In this document: piece by piece, positions 1-14,045 of the stretch
How the letters are laid out: every line of letters starts with the position of its first letter
Position numbering within the stretch: the first letter of the stretch is position 1
From: Chiloscyllium plagiosum
Taxonomy: Eukaryota
Direction of reading: 5' to 3'
DNA length: 64,000 nt
NCBI RefSeq assembly: GCF_004010195.1
Contig: NC_057745.1
Span: 21,278,204 to 21,342,203 of the forward strand
The notes under the pieces: generated by a model
Seen by the model: the letters and a program-made list of their open reading frames with translations, nothing else
What the model was told of the DNA's origin: nothing
The model's database searches: none
Position numbers and translations under genes: made by a program

Positions 1-29
1 GCCTGTATCACATTGATCCCTCAATAACA

Positions 30-195
30 CCACAAAGGTCATCATCTCATTACTGTTTGTGGGAGTTTGCTGTGTGCAAATTGCTACATGTCTTACGTCA
101 CAGCAGTGATTATACTTTGAAAGCATTTCATTGGCTACAAAAGTGCTCGGAGATAGCTGGCAGTCATGAAAAGCACTGTCTAAATGCAAGGCTTT
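30..195 (+). mobile_element. DeuSINE (SacSINE1-like) 3' fragment
   Basis: cattactgtttgtgggagtttgctgtgtgcaaattg...ttcattggct...gtcatgaaaagcactgtctaaatgcaag resembles the 3' part of shark DeuSINEs. Confidence 0.65.
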
Positions 196-949
196 TTGGT
201 TGGATTTTACAAACTAGTTGGATTTAAATATTTTGCTCATATCCAGATGGAACAAAGGTTACTTTCTGAAAGGCGTTGGACACTTTGGCCATGACTTGGC
301 TGCTCACGTAGATGGGACATAGGGCACATAGTAAACAGCATTAGAAAAGACAGCAAGGGCAACAGAGAACAGAGAAAAATACAAAACAGAGTGTTTGATT
401 GCAATTTCAAGAGATATGATCCGAACACTTTCAAAAAGGTTATGCAGATCAATATAAAAATGTCTTGAACGATTTGGAGACTTTGCTGAAGAAAAAGTAG
501 TGGGTACCCTAGAAACAACATTTTTCATGCAAGGAGCAGCGAGCAAGCATGCTCTAGAGAACTTACACAGAGGTCACATAACCCAGTTTGTGAATGGGAC
601 AAAGTCAACTGCATTTTCGAAACTCAGAAAGCATTTAATTAGCCTGAGAAGTAACAGGCCACTGTTACACCTCTTTACCTTTGCAACACCTCTCAGCAAA
701 CTGAAACCCCATTAAAAACTGGGGGAAGAATCTGTGAAGTACACTTTCTTGGAAAATACCTGAAGCAAAAGAAATTCAGCTTGCTGCACCCCATCGCCAG
801 CAGCTTGTTTATGCAGCATTGCTTCAGAATCATAAGACCATTTGGGACAATGTGTGGCCAGTGAGAATAACTCCAGACTCAAACTACTACCCTGGGAATT
901 TTGGCATCCACCCAGCAGGCATGGGCCCTTGGATCAATGCTTCCTGTGG

Positions 950-1020
950 AAGACAGCACCACTGACAGTGTGGCACTCCCTCTGGGTTGTCCTGTCATTT
1001 CAGCCTTTATTTTTACCATG
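950..1020 (-). mobile_element. DeuSINE Deu-domain fragment
   Basis: Reverse complement resembles the Deu core (aggctga...gagggagtgc..cactgtc.g.ggtgc.gtc). Confidence 0.45.
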
Positions 1021-1399
1021 AGCTTGACTATTATTTGACCAAGGTACCTTAAAGTCAACACTGTGCAGCATTTTAATTTTCTTGCTACTCTTCAGACACA
1101 TAATCAAGTTTGTTGTTTAAAGGGGTAAATATATCTATTTCCAAAATACAGACTACGTGCTAATAATTTTTGCATCTTTGAGTAAGTTTGTTTCTGGTCA
1201 TTTGTTGTTGCCTGAAGAAACAAGCTGATTTGCTCTTAATACTGAAGCTGTTGGTCGGAGACCTATAAAACTCCCCTTCCTTTCACTCAGGAAATCATTG
1301 GGAATTGGCTCCTTCATTTTGATCTTGTTAGCTATGTTTTAATTGATGTGTGACAGCTGCATGTCTAAAAATATGAAATAAAAAATACTTGCTGCAACA

Positions 1400-2700
1400 G
1401 ACTAAGTAGGGATTAAAAGGCAAGCCAATTCCCCTCCTCACCTGGTCATAACAAAACCTCTCCACAACTTTTTGACCCCTCCTATTGCACAATAATCCAA
1501 TTGAGGCCGAACCATAGCTTTTTAAAAAATTTACAACATCAGTGCATGTGTTTTCCATGTCTCCTGAAAGGTTGCTTTGTCATGTTTAGATTAAACTCCC
1601 TGGCCGTGGATCGACAGAAATAGTTATCTCCATCTAGCTTTTCTGTTCCATAAACTTCAATCAACTCTTGGAGCTCAGATGTAATTCTGGTAAATCTATG
1701 CTGCCAGCATCCCCGCCCCCCCCCACCACCAAGTTAGTAAGTCCTTCTTAAAGTGAGGTACCTAGAAAAGCTCAAAATACTCCAGGTGTGATCTACCAGC
1801 AATTTGTTCAGGTGAAGCAAGCCTTTGCTCTTTATTTCTTATTTCTCCACATATAAAGGCCAGTATTCTGTAGTATTTTGACTTTTTTCCCTACCTTCCC
1901 ATAATTCTTTAATGATAAATGTACAATGAACCCCAAATCTCTTCCCATGTCCACTATTTCTAGCTTTTAACTATTTAGAAAGTACCTAATTCCATCCCTT
2001 TTAGATCCAACATGCAAGATGTCATATTTGCCTACAATAAAATTCATTTGCCACAGATGTGCCCACTCACTTTATCTACTTTCTCTTTGTCAATTTATGC
2101 ATCCATATACACCTTTGTACTATTGGCAAACTTCCTGGTAAATGGCTTTCCATACTATCATCAGAGTTGTTGAAGGTGTTGAATATGAGAGGTCCCATTA
2201 CAGGTGCCTGTGGGACACTGCCAGGCACATTTGAGTATCTGTCTTGGGGTGGCACGGTGGATCAATGATTAGTACTGCTGCCACATCGTACCAGGGATCC
2301 AGGTTCGATTCCACCCTCGGGCAACTGCCTGTGTGGAGTTCGCACATTTTCCCTATGTCTGTAAGGTTTTCCTCTGAGTATGTTAGTTTCCTCCTACAGT
2401 CAAAAGATGTGGAAGTTAGATGTGCTAAATTGCCCCATAGTGTTCAGGGACGTGCAGGCTAGGTGGATTTGCAGTGGGAACGGCAAGGTCGCGAGGATGA
2501 GGTGGGTCTGAATGGGATGCTGTTTGGAGGATCAGTGTGGGCTGAATGGCCTGCTTCCACACTTTAGGGATTCTATGATTATCCCCACCCTCTGTCACGT
2601 TTCCTAACCAGGTTACTAACTGCTTCAACTGCACAAGCTTTAACTTCAGTCAGCAGTCTCTTAATGCTTTCTCAAAGTGAATACAAATAACACCCACAGA
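1400..2700 (-). mobile_element. Old degenerate CR1-type LINE, interrupted by a SINE at 2245-2580
   Basis: Decayed reverse-strand RT motifs (aaattcatttgccac; ggtcccattacaggtgcctgtgggacac, the GVPQGSVLGP region) that resume after the SINE. Confidence 0.5.
2245..2580 (+). mobile_element. HE1-type V-SINE (tRNA-derived)
   Basis: A box tggcacggtgg, B box ggttcgattcc, V-domain ctgtgtggagtt.gcacatt...ctcctacagtcaaaagatgt, CR1-like tail ggcctgcttccacact...gattctatgatt. Confidence 0.85.
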
Positions 2701-2905
2701 TGATCCCTGCCATTTCCTTGTTCTTCAAATGAACCTTGAATTCATGACAACACCTATATTTGGCAATATGCTAATGATTTTGCGCAGAAACTCTAAAGTG
2801 TTGCAATTTGAACCTGGATTCCAGTTGTACCCAAAATGGAATCTCTTGGACAAGATTTGTTTTTCGTTGTGTGCAATTTAGGCCCCATCATTCCTGTTGT
2901 AACAA

Positions 2906-3600
2906 GTGTTGCTGAACAAAGAGACCTTGGAGTTCAGATTCATAGCTCCTTGAAAGTGGAGTCACAGGTAGATAGGATAGTGAAGGCAGTGTTTGGTATG
3001 CTTTCCTTTATTGGTCAGAGTATTGAGTACAGGAGTTGGGAGGTCACGTTGCGGCTGTACAGGACATTGGTTAGGCCACTGTTGGAATATTGTGTGCAAT
3101 TCTGGTCTCTCTCCTATCGGAAAGAGGTTGTGAAACTTGAAAGAGTTCAGAAAAGATTTACAAGGATGTTGTCAGGATAGGAGGGTTTGAGCTATAGGGA
3201 AAGGCTGAACAGGCTGGGGCTGTTTTCCCTGGAGCGTCGGAGGCTGAGAAGTGACCTTATAGAGGTTTACAAAATTATGAGGGGCATGGATAGGATAAAT
3301 AGACAAAGTCTTTTCCCTCGGGTCGGGGTTTAGAGTGAGAGGGGAAAGATATAAAAGAGACCTAAGGGGCAACTTTTTCACACAGGTTGGTATGTGTATG
3401 GAATGAGCTGCCAGAGGAAGTGGTGGAGGCTGGTACATTTGCAACATTTAAGAGGCATTTGGATGGGTATATGAATAGGAAGGTTTGGAGTGATATGGGC
3501 TGGGTGCTGACAGGTGGGACTAGATTGGGTTGGGATATCTGGCCAGCACGGACAGATTGGACCGAAGGATCTGTTTCCATGCTATACATCTCTATGACTC
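2906..3600 (+). mobile_element. CR1 LINE, 5'-truncated 3' end
   Basis: ORF track peptides QRDLGVQIHSSLKV...LVRPLLEYCVQFW...KLERVQKRFTRM and VWNELPEEVVEAGT...FKRHLD; tail ctctatgactc. Confidence 0.92.
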
Positions 3601-3634
3601 TAATTATTACAACATTGTATCCAAGAATTCAGCT

Positions 3635-3762
3635 AGGAAAAAGTGAGGATTGCAGATGCTGTAGATCAGAGTCAAGAGTAGTGCTGGAAAAGCACAGCAG
3701 GTCAGGCAGCATCCAAGAAGCAGGAGAATCAACGTTTTGGGCATAAGCCCTTCATCAGGACC
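3635..3762 (-). mobile_element. Penelope-like element terminal fragment with hammerhead-like motif
   Basis: Same sequence as the end of the PLE at 61142-61235; minus strand reads CTGATGA-A-GGGC-TTAT-GCCC-AAAA-CGTT. Confidence 0.7.
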
Positions 3763-5378
3763 ACACTCTCAACCTCAAAAGTTCAGGCAAAATCTCTAAC
3801 TTAGTCTGGCCAATTAATATTTCAGTTCTGTTCTAACTAACCACAGGCCCATTTCACCTCCCTGATTCCCACTTAGAGTTTATCCTTTCTGCCAATTTAA
3901 TAAATATTAGAGAATGTAGGGGGAGGAAGAAAATCTACCACAATGACCAGTTCTCAGAAAAGCCTCACACACCTCCCAACATTTGCTTGTCTTGCTCTTT
4001 CAGATAAAAATTAGTTTGTTGGAGACTTTGAATGTTTGGATGTTTCCATTCATTCTCGGGACCCTACCATGCATAGAACTGACTAAAGTAACAAACAGGT
4101 CTTGTGACTGAACCTCAAAGGGGTAAGAATTAAAGAGCAGGAAGAAATGATTTGTTCTGTGGAGTGAGACCACATGACTATTGGGTCAAACTAGTCTGCT
4201 CAACCATCAGGCAGAGTTTTACACAGGCAACAACATTAAAAATAACCAAATGTCATGTGAAGTTGCAGAGTTCATTTCACATTCCATCAAGAGGTGCACG
4301 GTCAACACTTAAAAATAGATGGCAAGTTAAACTATTTGAGTGTCACAAATTACTGAAGGTGGGAAGCATCTTCAATTAGTTCAACTCCTGTTCAGTCTCT
4401 TTGAGCGGTTTTTAGTGGAGGCACAGAAGTGTCTCTAGTTGGTTTAAGAGCTGGCAAAACCTGCACATACACTGCCTTTACTACCTTCAAGGTCTGCCAA
4501 ACAAAGCATCGCCCATACAATGGACAGCAGCTGTCCTTCTCCCAGGACCTAGCCCCCTGAGGGCAGAAGTCAGGCTCCTAAAAGCTGCTAGCCAGTCTAT
4601 GGCTGAATGCGGTGCATTGCTCAGCAGCATCACCAAAGGAGTGGTGGCGACAACCGGTAATGCATCCACATTCGGCCCAGGATCAGCGAAGATCTCAGAC
4701 CCCTTGGTGAGTGATGGTAGGATGGATGTCCCAGGGTGGGATTATAAAGGAATGGACAGGAGTGTTGCTTTCTGAAGATAGCTTCCTTAATTGCTCACTG
4801 AGTTCCTTGGAATGAGGAACAACAATCCTAACACCTTTAGGACAGGGTCTCAAGCAACAGTGACAGCATTTACTTTTCAGGCTTCTCACCGAACAAGTTC
4901 CCTTGACCGCAACTGGATAAGTATCCGTTGTGACAGACGGAAGCCCTTCAGTCAGGCATTAGTGACCAGTTTAATGGGGGCCCTTCAGTCAGGTGTTAGC
5001 ACTAACTCAGCATTTTGGTCATGGTAATCCCCTGTTAAGAAAGCTTTAGTTTTTATTTCAAACTTTTGAGAAGCACTAGAGCTCAATGATGAGCGATTTT
5101 GGTCTGTTACAAAATGAATTAAATATAAAACACTGTATCACCCATTTTTGGAAACACTGCTATCAAGCCCTTGCTGCAGAACAGCAAGTACCTGGGCTGC
5201 AGTTTTGGGAACGATTCCTGAGTTGGGGGTTGCAAAGCTGCTGAAGCCCATGCAAAATAAGTGGCAGGAATTCCACTTGCAGGCATTCATCGATTGTGGT
5301 ATTTATTAAAACTGGAAGAGTTCTGCAAAAGTTGGTAAAAGGCTCTTTAGTATCATGAGAAATGTAGGAGTATACTAT

Positions 5379-5381
<3 letters not shown>

Positions 5382-5433
<52 letters not shown>
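5382..5433. repeat. (GT)n microsatellite
   Basis: Uninterrupted gt run ending at an n. Confidence 0.97.
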
Positions 5434-5784
5434 NACATGCTATCGAACAATTGTACTGTTGCAATGAGAAACAATGCAGGAATAATGTCCAAATGTGAAA
5501 TATAACTTGAACATCAACTTTCCCAGGAAATCGGATATGTACACTTGAACAACACAGCTCACTGTGGCATTCCATGTGTCCAAAGCAATTTGTCTTTTTA
5601 GGAGGGGGCGTATGATCATGTACCAGACAAACTCTAGGCTATAACTTTGACTTATGGAGCCATAGAGTTTGACAAGGCAGTCACAGGAACCAGATCAGCC
5701 TCGCTATCCTTTTATTGTTGATCCATGGCACACAGGAATCTGAAGCTGTCATGTATTTAATCAAAATTAATAGTAAAATAAATA

Positions 5785-6150
5785 ATCTCATTGAGGTATG
5801 TAATATGATAAAGGGGATGGACAAAGTAGATACAGAGAGGATGTTTCCACATGTGGAGCAATCTAGAACAAGAGGTCATAGTTTTAGGATAAGGAATAGC
5901 AGATTTAAACAGAGATGAGGAGAAATTACTTCTCTCACAGAGCCGTGAATCTGTGGAATTCGCTCCCCCAGAGTGTGGTGGATGGAGAGATGTTGAGTAA
6001 ATTTAAGGAAAAGGTGGACAGATTTTAATTAGTAATAGGTTGAAGGGCGATGGGGAGAGGCAGGGAAGAGGAGTTGAGGACTGATTGTATCAAATGGCGA
6101 AGCAGCCTTGAGCAGCTGAATTGCTCATCTTTGCTCTTAGTTACGTTCTT
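5785..6150 (+). mobile_element. CR1 LINE 3' fragment
   Basis: LIEVCNMIKGMDKVD...SRTRGHS peptide and CR1 3'UTR. Confidence 0.85.
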
Positions 6151-7384
6151 GTGTATTTGAGTTTTATGCTACCAAGTGAGAAAATAAGTGAAAAGGCAAT
6201 AAAAAGACAGACGAGCTAGAAAAAAAATAATTGTCTTAGTAGTTAAAATATCCTCTCTAAAGTTTAAACAGGGAGGCCAAGTACCTGCCTATAAGTTCAT
6301 ACATAGATGCTCAGAAAGAAAGAGTTAGGGCAAGGACTCACTCTTACTTAATCACATCCTGAAAATCTCAAGATACAAATACAGCTGTCTAAAATTAGTA
6401 TTTTCAAGTCGTCCCATAGCAACATCTAAAATTTAACCTTATAAGTTCAGTCACTCGTGGGCTAGTTCCAAAGTGTTTAAACTATCTGACTTCCCTAAAA
6501 GCCAACTTCACTCACTTCATGGATTACAGCCGGTCGCCCATCCCATTCGATCCAGTATGGTTTACATGCACTTCTTGGTCCTATTTGTCACTGAATCTCA
6601 ATTATATCAAGCAACAGGCAACAGACGCTGCCTTACTGTCATTGTCCATATCCCAAGGACAAAGAGAAAGAAAAAATATTCAGTTTGTTTTTTCCACAAA
6701 TACAGCTAGAGCAGAGTCAATCAAATCTCATTTTTTAAATATTAGGCATCTTACCTTTCAATTGGTTGCCTAATAATAACTATTGGTATTTCTGCATGGT
6801 GCAGTGGCTGACAGGTCTATAAGTACTTTGAATAATAAGTTCAACAACATTGATTAAACAGGGCATGTTGGCCAGGACTGCTCTTTACTTGATATTATCT
6901 GAACAAAAGTAATATCCTCCAGAATACCAAAATGTATTTGACAAAAGCAATGCAGGACTCCTTCAGTATTACAAATGAGCTGCAGTCTTGATTCTGTGCT
7001 CAAGTCCTGTCATGAGGCTTGAGACCATGAATTTTTGTTTCTGCTTAATATTAGGGTGATGAATGATTAATGATTATTAGTAAGTGCCAACGTGACAGTG
7101 AATATGACAGTCCAGGTTCAAGATCAACGTTCCCTCTGTGCTGTTGCTGGGAAACTCCATGCACACCTACCACTGTGTTGATACATGGCTTCCATTTCTG
7201 TTTCTATTGCGCATGGACCTCAGAGACTGAAAGGAAGGAAATGCTGTTCACGATCCATCTGCAATGGAAGTGTGTCAGCACACATCAGACAGACTGACTT
7301 TAAAAATCCTTTATAATCTGAAGACTGATTAAGTCAGGCCTGCCATTAACTCTATAAGTTCCAGCAATCATTTCACTCAAAGTA

Positions 7385-7520
7385 CAATTCTACTGATGCT
7401 GAAAATCTGAAACAGACATAAGAGTACACTGGAGAAACTCAGCAGGTCTGGCAGCATATGTGGAGAGAGATAGAGAGTTCAGGTTTCGAGTCTGGTATGA
7501 TGTTTCAATATGACTCTTCT
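7385..7520 (-). mobile_element. PLE-like terminal fragment
   Basis: gatgctgaaaatctgaaac...ctggagaaactcagcaggtctggcagcat, shared with the other PLE-end copies. Confidence 0.55.
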
Positions 7521-7769
7521 TCTCTCTATCTCTCTTGCTTTTAATCAGTTCACTTATTTAGTCACTCTCAGTTTCTCAGTGGAAACGCATCTTCTGAAAG
7601 CTGACAAGTTAAAAAATGCTTTAACAGGATCTTGTGGCACAGTGGTAGTGTCCCTACCTCTGGGTCATAATGTCCAGGTCCACCTGCCCTGCCAATGTTT
7701 CACAACATGTCCATACAAGTTGATTTTAATAATTATATTATTTTAAAAGAGGGTAAAAACACAGTTTAC

Positions 7770-10360
7770 AAAAATTGGCACTTGGAATTGGAAGCAATGT
7801 ATACATGTAGGCATGGAAGTTGTTAGGAGGGAGGTCATTGAGTAGGAATAATTGCCATGGACTCAAATTGGCAGCAATAATGTGTGCTTTGCTCTGGGGA
7901 ATAAGCTTGTCCCTGTATTCATACGTGATTTAGATGAAGTAACAGAAAAACACATATCCAAGTTTGCTGACACACTATGTTAAGTGGTTCAGCAATTGTG
8001 CGTATGAAAATAGAAAGTTACAAGAGATATTGATACTGTAAAAAGCTCTGATAAATGGAGTTCAATGTGGAGAAGTATGCAGTCATCCTCTGTGATCTAA
8101 AGAAAGACAGATTATTCTCGACTTGGCAAAAAGCAAAGAGATTTAAGAGTTCTAGTACAACAATCTGTAAAAAGCCAAGTGGACAGGTACAAAAAGTAAT
8201 TTAAAAGACACATGAAATCTTGGCCTTTATTCGATATAACACAAAGGGAATATACATGTCACAGTTATATAAATGTCTAGTTAAATCTCATTTTGAGGAA
8301 TGCATTCTGATCTGGAAGGATATATTGTTCTTAGAGTGAAGTGTCACAAAGATTCACCAAATGAGACTGGCACTACCAGTGACAAATTTATCAGGATAAA
8401 CTTCATGGACTCAGTTTGTATTCCTTTGAGTGTAGAACATTAAGTGCTATTTATCAGATACAAAACAGAGAGAGTAGATCAAGGTAAATTAATTCCACCA
8501 CTGGGAGAGTCCACAGCAAGGGAGTCCACAACCTTACGATTGTAGCTAGGTTGATGAAAGGTGATGTCAATAAGGACTTCTTAATACAATGGGGAGTGGA
8601 AATCTGTTGTATAAGGGAATGATTCTAAAAGTGTTAATGATGGAATTATATTAGTTCATGATGGATGGAGAATCAGTCAGTCAGTCTTACAGAAGGTCCC
8701 AATGGACAAGATGTGACAAACCAAGCTCCTGATAAATGTGGCTATGTCTAATTATATACGTTGACCTTATAAATTGGCAAAAACATCAAAGAAGGCAAGA
8801 ATACTTATAAAACATTTAAAAGTCTTTAATAATTTCTTCAATCTGAGAACAAGTAAATTTTTTGAATGGTGAAAGATTTTCAGAAGTGTTCAGCTTCCAG
8901 GGGCATGGGTAGATAATTTCATTAATTATCTCAATAGATGACTGGAAAAACTATGACTGTGGAGCTTTGAAAGCAAAATTCATAAAAGACAGAATTGTTG
9001 ACTGAGTTATTGATGAAGCTTTGTCAGAATTATTACACAACAAGAAATATTTCACTCTGGATAAAACTATTCAAACTGTGGTCGAAGCAGAAACCAGAGA
9101 GTCTCTCAGCCAGAACCCAAGAGGAAAAGAACACAATTTCAAGAGAGCAGCAAAACATTTTCATTTTATAAACCTATAGATAATCTAAAGGGGCAGTGAC
9201 AAACCATCACTGACAGTAAGTCAAACAGCAGACAACAAAAGTCACCATCAGTGCTGTAGAACAACAAAGCCTTATTAGGCACAAGTAATGCCCAGCCATG
9301 ACAAAAGAATGTTACATTGGTAAGACTATAGATCACTTCCAGGAAATATGTAGAAGTAGGACACTATTTCAGAGCAGCAGAAAGTCAAACATTTACTCAT
9401 ATACACAGACCAATAGTGAAAATTACACAAACAAAATCAGTGGTTTAACTACCTCCTGTTTCACTGAGCTTATTAATGTCAATGGACATCTTGCTAATTT
9501 TAAACTTGAATGAGTATCACTATCCTATCCAATCAGATATCATGGCCGAAGAAGCAGAAGTTACAGCCTACAAAGTTGAGACAATATATTGCCAGTGGAA
9601 CAACTCCCAAGATAAAGGTATGTTAAAAGTAAAATTACAATACAAACTGTTTACAAGATCTGCAAATATATATTTGGTTCACAGTAAATACTCCTCACTT
9701 CAGAACCTGCATGTGTGCCATGCTCTCACCAGTCTGTTGGTACTTGAAGGAGTTTGACGAGTTTCAAGAGAAAACTTGATTCAGAAACAAACTGGTGTGT
9801 CAACCAACCACTCAAGGAGCAACAAGTAGATGATTTCAAAATAAAAACAGTAAGTGCTAGAAAAACTCAGCAACAGTGACAGCATCTGCGGACAGAGAAA
9901 CAAAGTTAACATTTCGGGTCTGATATAATTCTTCTTTTGCGGTCCCAATGGAGACAGGTGTGACATCTTGGCACCTGACAGTGATAATTATGCCTAACCT
10001 AATTCATTGTACTTATTGTTATAATGCAATAAGCAATACTGTGCTATGCAAGAGAAGTAACTCTTCTTGTTAAGACTTTTAATAAGTCATCCCCTACCAC
10101 TGGTAATAACCAAACCCATTTAAGAGGACTGGTGCCAGCAGCTACACCAATCACTGGCTGCCAGTGGTTGGTGCCCAGATCTCCATGTGATATTTCTTGC
10201 CAAAAAGCTTTTGGGGGTGAGGCCGTACGGACTTTTGTTCAATAAAAGGCAATTATTATGGAACTAAAGATGGAGAGATAAGATGCAAATCAGCCAAAAT
10301 CTAATTTAACGTTGGAGCTTGTTTCAGAGTCTGAATGGCCTACTTCTGTTCATATGTTTA
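7770..10360 (+). mobile_element. Old CR1 LINE split by the Gypsy remnant (pieces ~7770-8605 and ~10240-10360)
   Basis: ISKFAD and W*MEFNVEK motifs; 3'UTR ctgaatggcctacttctgttc resumes near 10330. Confidence 0.55.
8860..9760 (+). mobile_element. Ty3/Gypsy gag-protease remnant
   Basis: From 8982 IKDRIVD*VIDEALSELLHNKKYFTLDKTIQTVVEAE (gag); CPAMTKECYIGKTIDHFQEICRS (decayed CCHC knuckle); INVNGHLANFKLE (lead-in to the protease FKLDTGA motif). Confidence 0.7.
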
Positions 10361-13214
10361 TATTTCTAAAAATTAACTTGGAATGACACTTTAACCTCTG
10401 CAAACAACTGAACATTAAATGTGACCTTCTAAATAAAGCATTTTTTCATTTTTTCCAGTTGCACTGAGAGATAAAAAAGAAGCCTGTAATTGAGGCTACA
10501 TTTCAGAAGATATTCCTGAAGCACATTTCAAAACAGCCACATTTTGCAGTCCACTTGTATAATCCATTCCTAAATTTCTCACAGGATATAAAGAAAATGC
10601 TGAGATTTAGCCTAAGGATCAGCCTCATTATGAGACAATTAAAATATTCAGGAGAAGAAAATGTCCTCTAACGCAGTGAAAGAAACCTGCAAAACTGAAA
10701 AATGGCACAGCATAATCCATTGGATTTATTCTTTATGTCTCCAAAGATAATGATTAATTTAAATGCAGGAAAGCATTAGAAATAATCACATGTACATTCT
10801 GTAGGTACAACACAACACAAGAAAAGGTTTGAAAGAGATCAACTATTGTACTGCATTAGGATTGTGAGGTTGCTGGTTATTTTAGACAAACCCCTGCAGG
10901 TATCAAGGAACTTCCAGGAACAACAATACTTGCTGAAGGAGAAAAGATTGCTACTGCATCTCCTGACTCCACGCCAAACGGTAATTTTCCAGGACTGGAA
11001 AAACATACCAATAACTGTTTCACAATTGGTCTGCATTGATTCTGGAGGAAGTTAATTGGTTATAAATGAAACTGGCTGGCATGGGAGGAGGTGTGTAGGT
11101 GGGGGAGGGGGGTATGAAAAATAGAAAAAGCAACAAAACTGCTACCTCTGCATTCCTGTCACATTAGCTTTAATGGATGGGAAATCATGTACGGAAGGTG
11201 TTCAATCTCACTGAGCATGCGCCAGGGAGACAAAAGTAGAATTTTATCTTCCACCATAAATGGTAGCCTGAAACCTTTCACTAAGGACTAGATAGCAACA
11301 ATCTACCTTCTGGTGAGATAACTAGCCCAGGTAGTGGCTCCCACAATGTTACAAGAAGTACAAAATGACAATGTACAGACCTGGAAATAAAAACAACATA
11401 AGCACTTTAATTTACAGGTGGCATTGTGTCTTCTCTCATTATGAAATACACTTTAAACATTGGAGGCCAAAAAAATACCACATTTGTTCCTTATGTTGAA
11501 AATAGTAACTAAAGCCAGAATGATGTAAGTAACAGATACAAGTATAAAGCTATTTTGTCATTACTATGTAAACATAGCTTTCAGCTTGTATTTTATGCTT
11601 TACTTTTGAGATATTCTCCTTTGCGCTTTGTTTTAAAGCAATATAATCTAGTATTTAATTAACACATCAGTTGGGATGGTTTCATTATCTTTCCAGGTTG
11701 TGATGATTTTGTTCAGCTCAGCTCTATTCTTTCTTTAGTTTTCAAAGGAAGATTGCAAATAGCGTTGCATTATTTTTAATACTGTAAATTGGCACTAGTT
11801 CTTAATGGGGGAATCTATTGATGTTTTGTATTTATCCTAAGGGAAATAAATATATATGCACATAATAAAAACAACATTGAAGCATTTTGCTTTGCATTAC
11901 CAGTGTTCCGTACAATTGTAAGGAATTAGCAGAAACTTTGGACTTACAATGTTTGATATTTTTCAAAGGACTCATTTAAAGCAATGTCACTACTGAACAA
12001 TTCTATAAAAACAGCATTACCTATCCAGCAGGACTAACTATACTTTGCTATCTTATGTGGCAAGTTCAGTACCAAACCTGGCCAGTATAAATAACATGCC
12101 TTCCAGAAATTGCCAACTTCAAATAACTCTGGAGGAAACTGGAATTTGTAACAGGCTGTTAAATTAAAATGTTACAATCAAGAAATTATAGCTTTATTCA
12201 GGAGTGAAGCCATGAAAGACATTTTTATTGCGCATAGTAGAAATCTGAAATTTTCTCCTCTACAAAATTATGAGTACTGGAACAACCAAAAATTTCAAGA
12301 AAGAGGTTTTTGTTAGGCAAGGTTATTACGACGCATGGATCAAAGACAGCTGACCAGATTTGAGGTACATATCAGCTTTGATCTAATAAAATTGAAGAAC
12401 CAATCTGAGGCACTAAATGGTCTATTCTTATATAATGGAAGCAATCACCAATTGCATTTCAAGTAATATCTCTGTCAGTGTACAAGTACAAATTGAAAAG
12501 ATGTTTACCTCATGACTGATGAATGAGTTAATCTACAACAGAAGAGTGAGAAACATTTGAGGAGGAAACAATACCATCACTTTTTTGTTTAAAAACCAGT
12601 TAAGTAACCATGAAAATAAAAATGAAGAGAACTTACACCACCTTAGAGTGCACCACTGTACTGATTCAATCAGAGAATACAGTAAAGGTTGGTCACTTAA
12701 AGTTTTCCAGTAAATATCCCTAAGTAGCCAGTGGTTGAAAGTGAGATAATGCATTCCAACCAAACACTGAAAAATATTACACTAACGTGCCTTGATTTTC
12801 AGTTTAATGATAATGAACAAACACTTCAATAGGATTTGACATACATCCTGTTTCAATAAATGCTTAGAAAGACTTGATTAACACAACAAATCTAACTAAT
12901 ATATTTTTCTGTTGCAAAGGCATCACAAATTTAAATTAGGTAGACATGGTTAAAGTAATAAAAGTGAGTCATGGATGGATGGAAATGGAACCCTGAGATC
13001 ACTGCCTGCAACTTTCTAGCAATGGGCTATAAATGCTGGCCCAGCTAGTCACATCCTATGAATGAATAAAACAAAAAATAATTTGAACTTTAACTTCATA
13101 GAAATCTCATTATGCTGTTGTTTTTTTTTTCTGCCAAAACTGTGTGATTGTGGATTACAAAGAAATTCACCTTTACATACAATATAACTGCAGTGACATG
13201 TGCATTCGGACGAT

Positions 13215-13340
13215 AAGGAATAGGGACAGAAGTAGGCCATTCAGCCCCTCAAGCCTGCTCCACCATTCAATAGGACCATGACAGATCAGTCATTCCCCAA
13301 GTCCACTTTCCTGTGTTTTCCCTGTAACCCACGATTCTCC
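13215..13340 (-). mobile_element. CR1 3'UTR fragment
   Basis: gaagtaggccattcagcccctcaagcctgctccaccattcaat is a reversed CR1 tail. Confidence 0.75.
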
Positions 13341-13861
13341 TGCTGAGTTGTAGCATAACAATTTAGTAAAATAGCTTTGCCCATTCACGAGTTAAGAGGT
13401 CAATTTACAAGGGTATTTGTCAAAAATAAAGTCCAACTGTGCTATGTCCTCTTTATCCCTGATTAAATGTAAATCTTTATGAAAATAAAATTGGATTTTT
13501 CAAAACATCTATTCAGTTAAGCAAATGGTGGTAAAGATAAGAATGTAAATTCACTACAAATTACTGTATTCACAGGCTGAATGGTAAGGTCTGGTCTGTA
13601 AACCATCTATTTCTCAAACTTTCAGACCAGCTAGTTATTACTCTGAAACTTTGAGCAATGCCAAAATGTAATTCAAGTACAAATAAATTATTTTAGGAAG
13701 AAGATACTTTATTCAGTCTCTTTCTACCTAATATTGCAATGAAACTGATGGGCATTTTGAAAAGTTAGATATACTGTGAGTAAAAGTGCACAGTATTAGA
13801 TTTCTCATCAAGTACCCATTGTAGTAATGGCTGACATTACCAATGCAGATACACAGAGATT

Positions 13862-14045
13862 AATAAAAACCAAAAGGACTGTGGATGCTGTAAATCAGAA
13901 ACAAAATAAAACAGAAGTTGCTAGAAAAGCTCAGCCAGTCTGGCAGCATCTGTGATGGGGAATCAGAGCTAACGTTTCAGGTCCAGTGGCCCTTCCGTAC
14001 AACTGAGGTTCTGAGGAAGGGTGACTGGACCCAAGACGTCAACAG
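13862..14045. mobile_element. PLE terminal fragment with short foldback
   Basis: PLE end followed by inverted ggttctgaggaagggtgactggacccaagacgtcaac (decayed hammerhead core). Confidence 0.6.

Noticed and set aside
952-972. RE1/NRSE-like motif cagcaccactgacagtg
   Set aside because: Mismatch in the GGACAG half-site, and it is explained by the reversed Deu-domain sequence
2245-2330. tRNA gene
   Set aside because: The A/B boxes belong to a SINE head; no full cloverleaf
5163-5575. His-Thr repeat ORFs
   Set aside because: Translation of the (GT)n microsatellite
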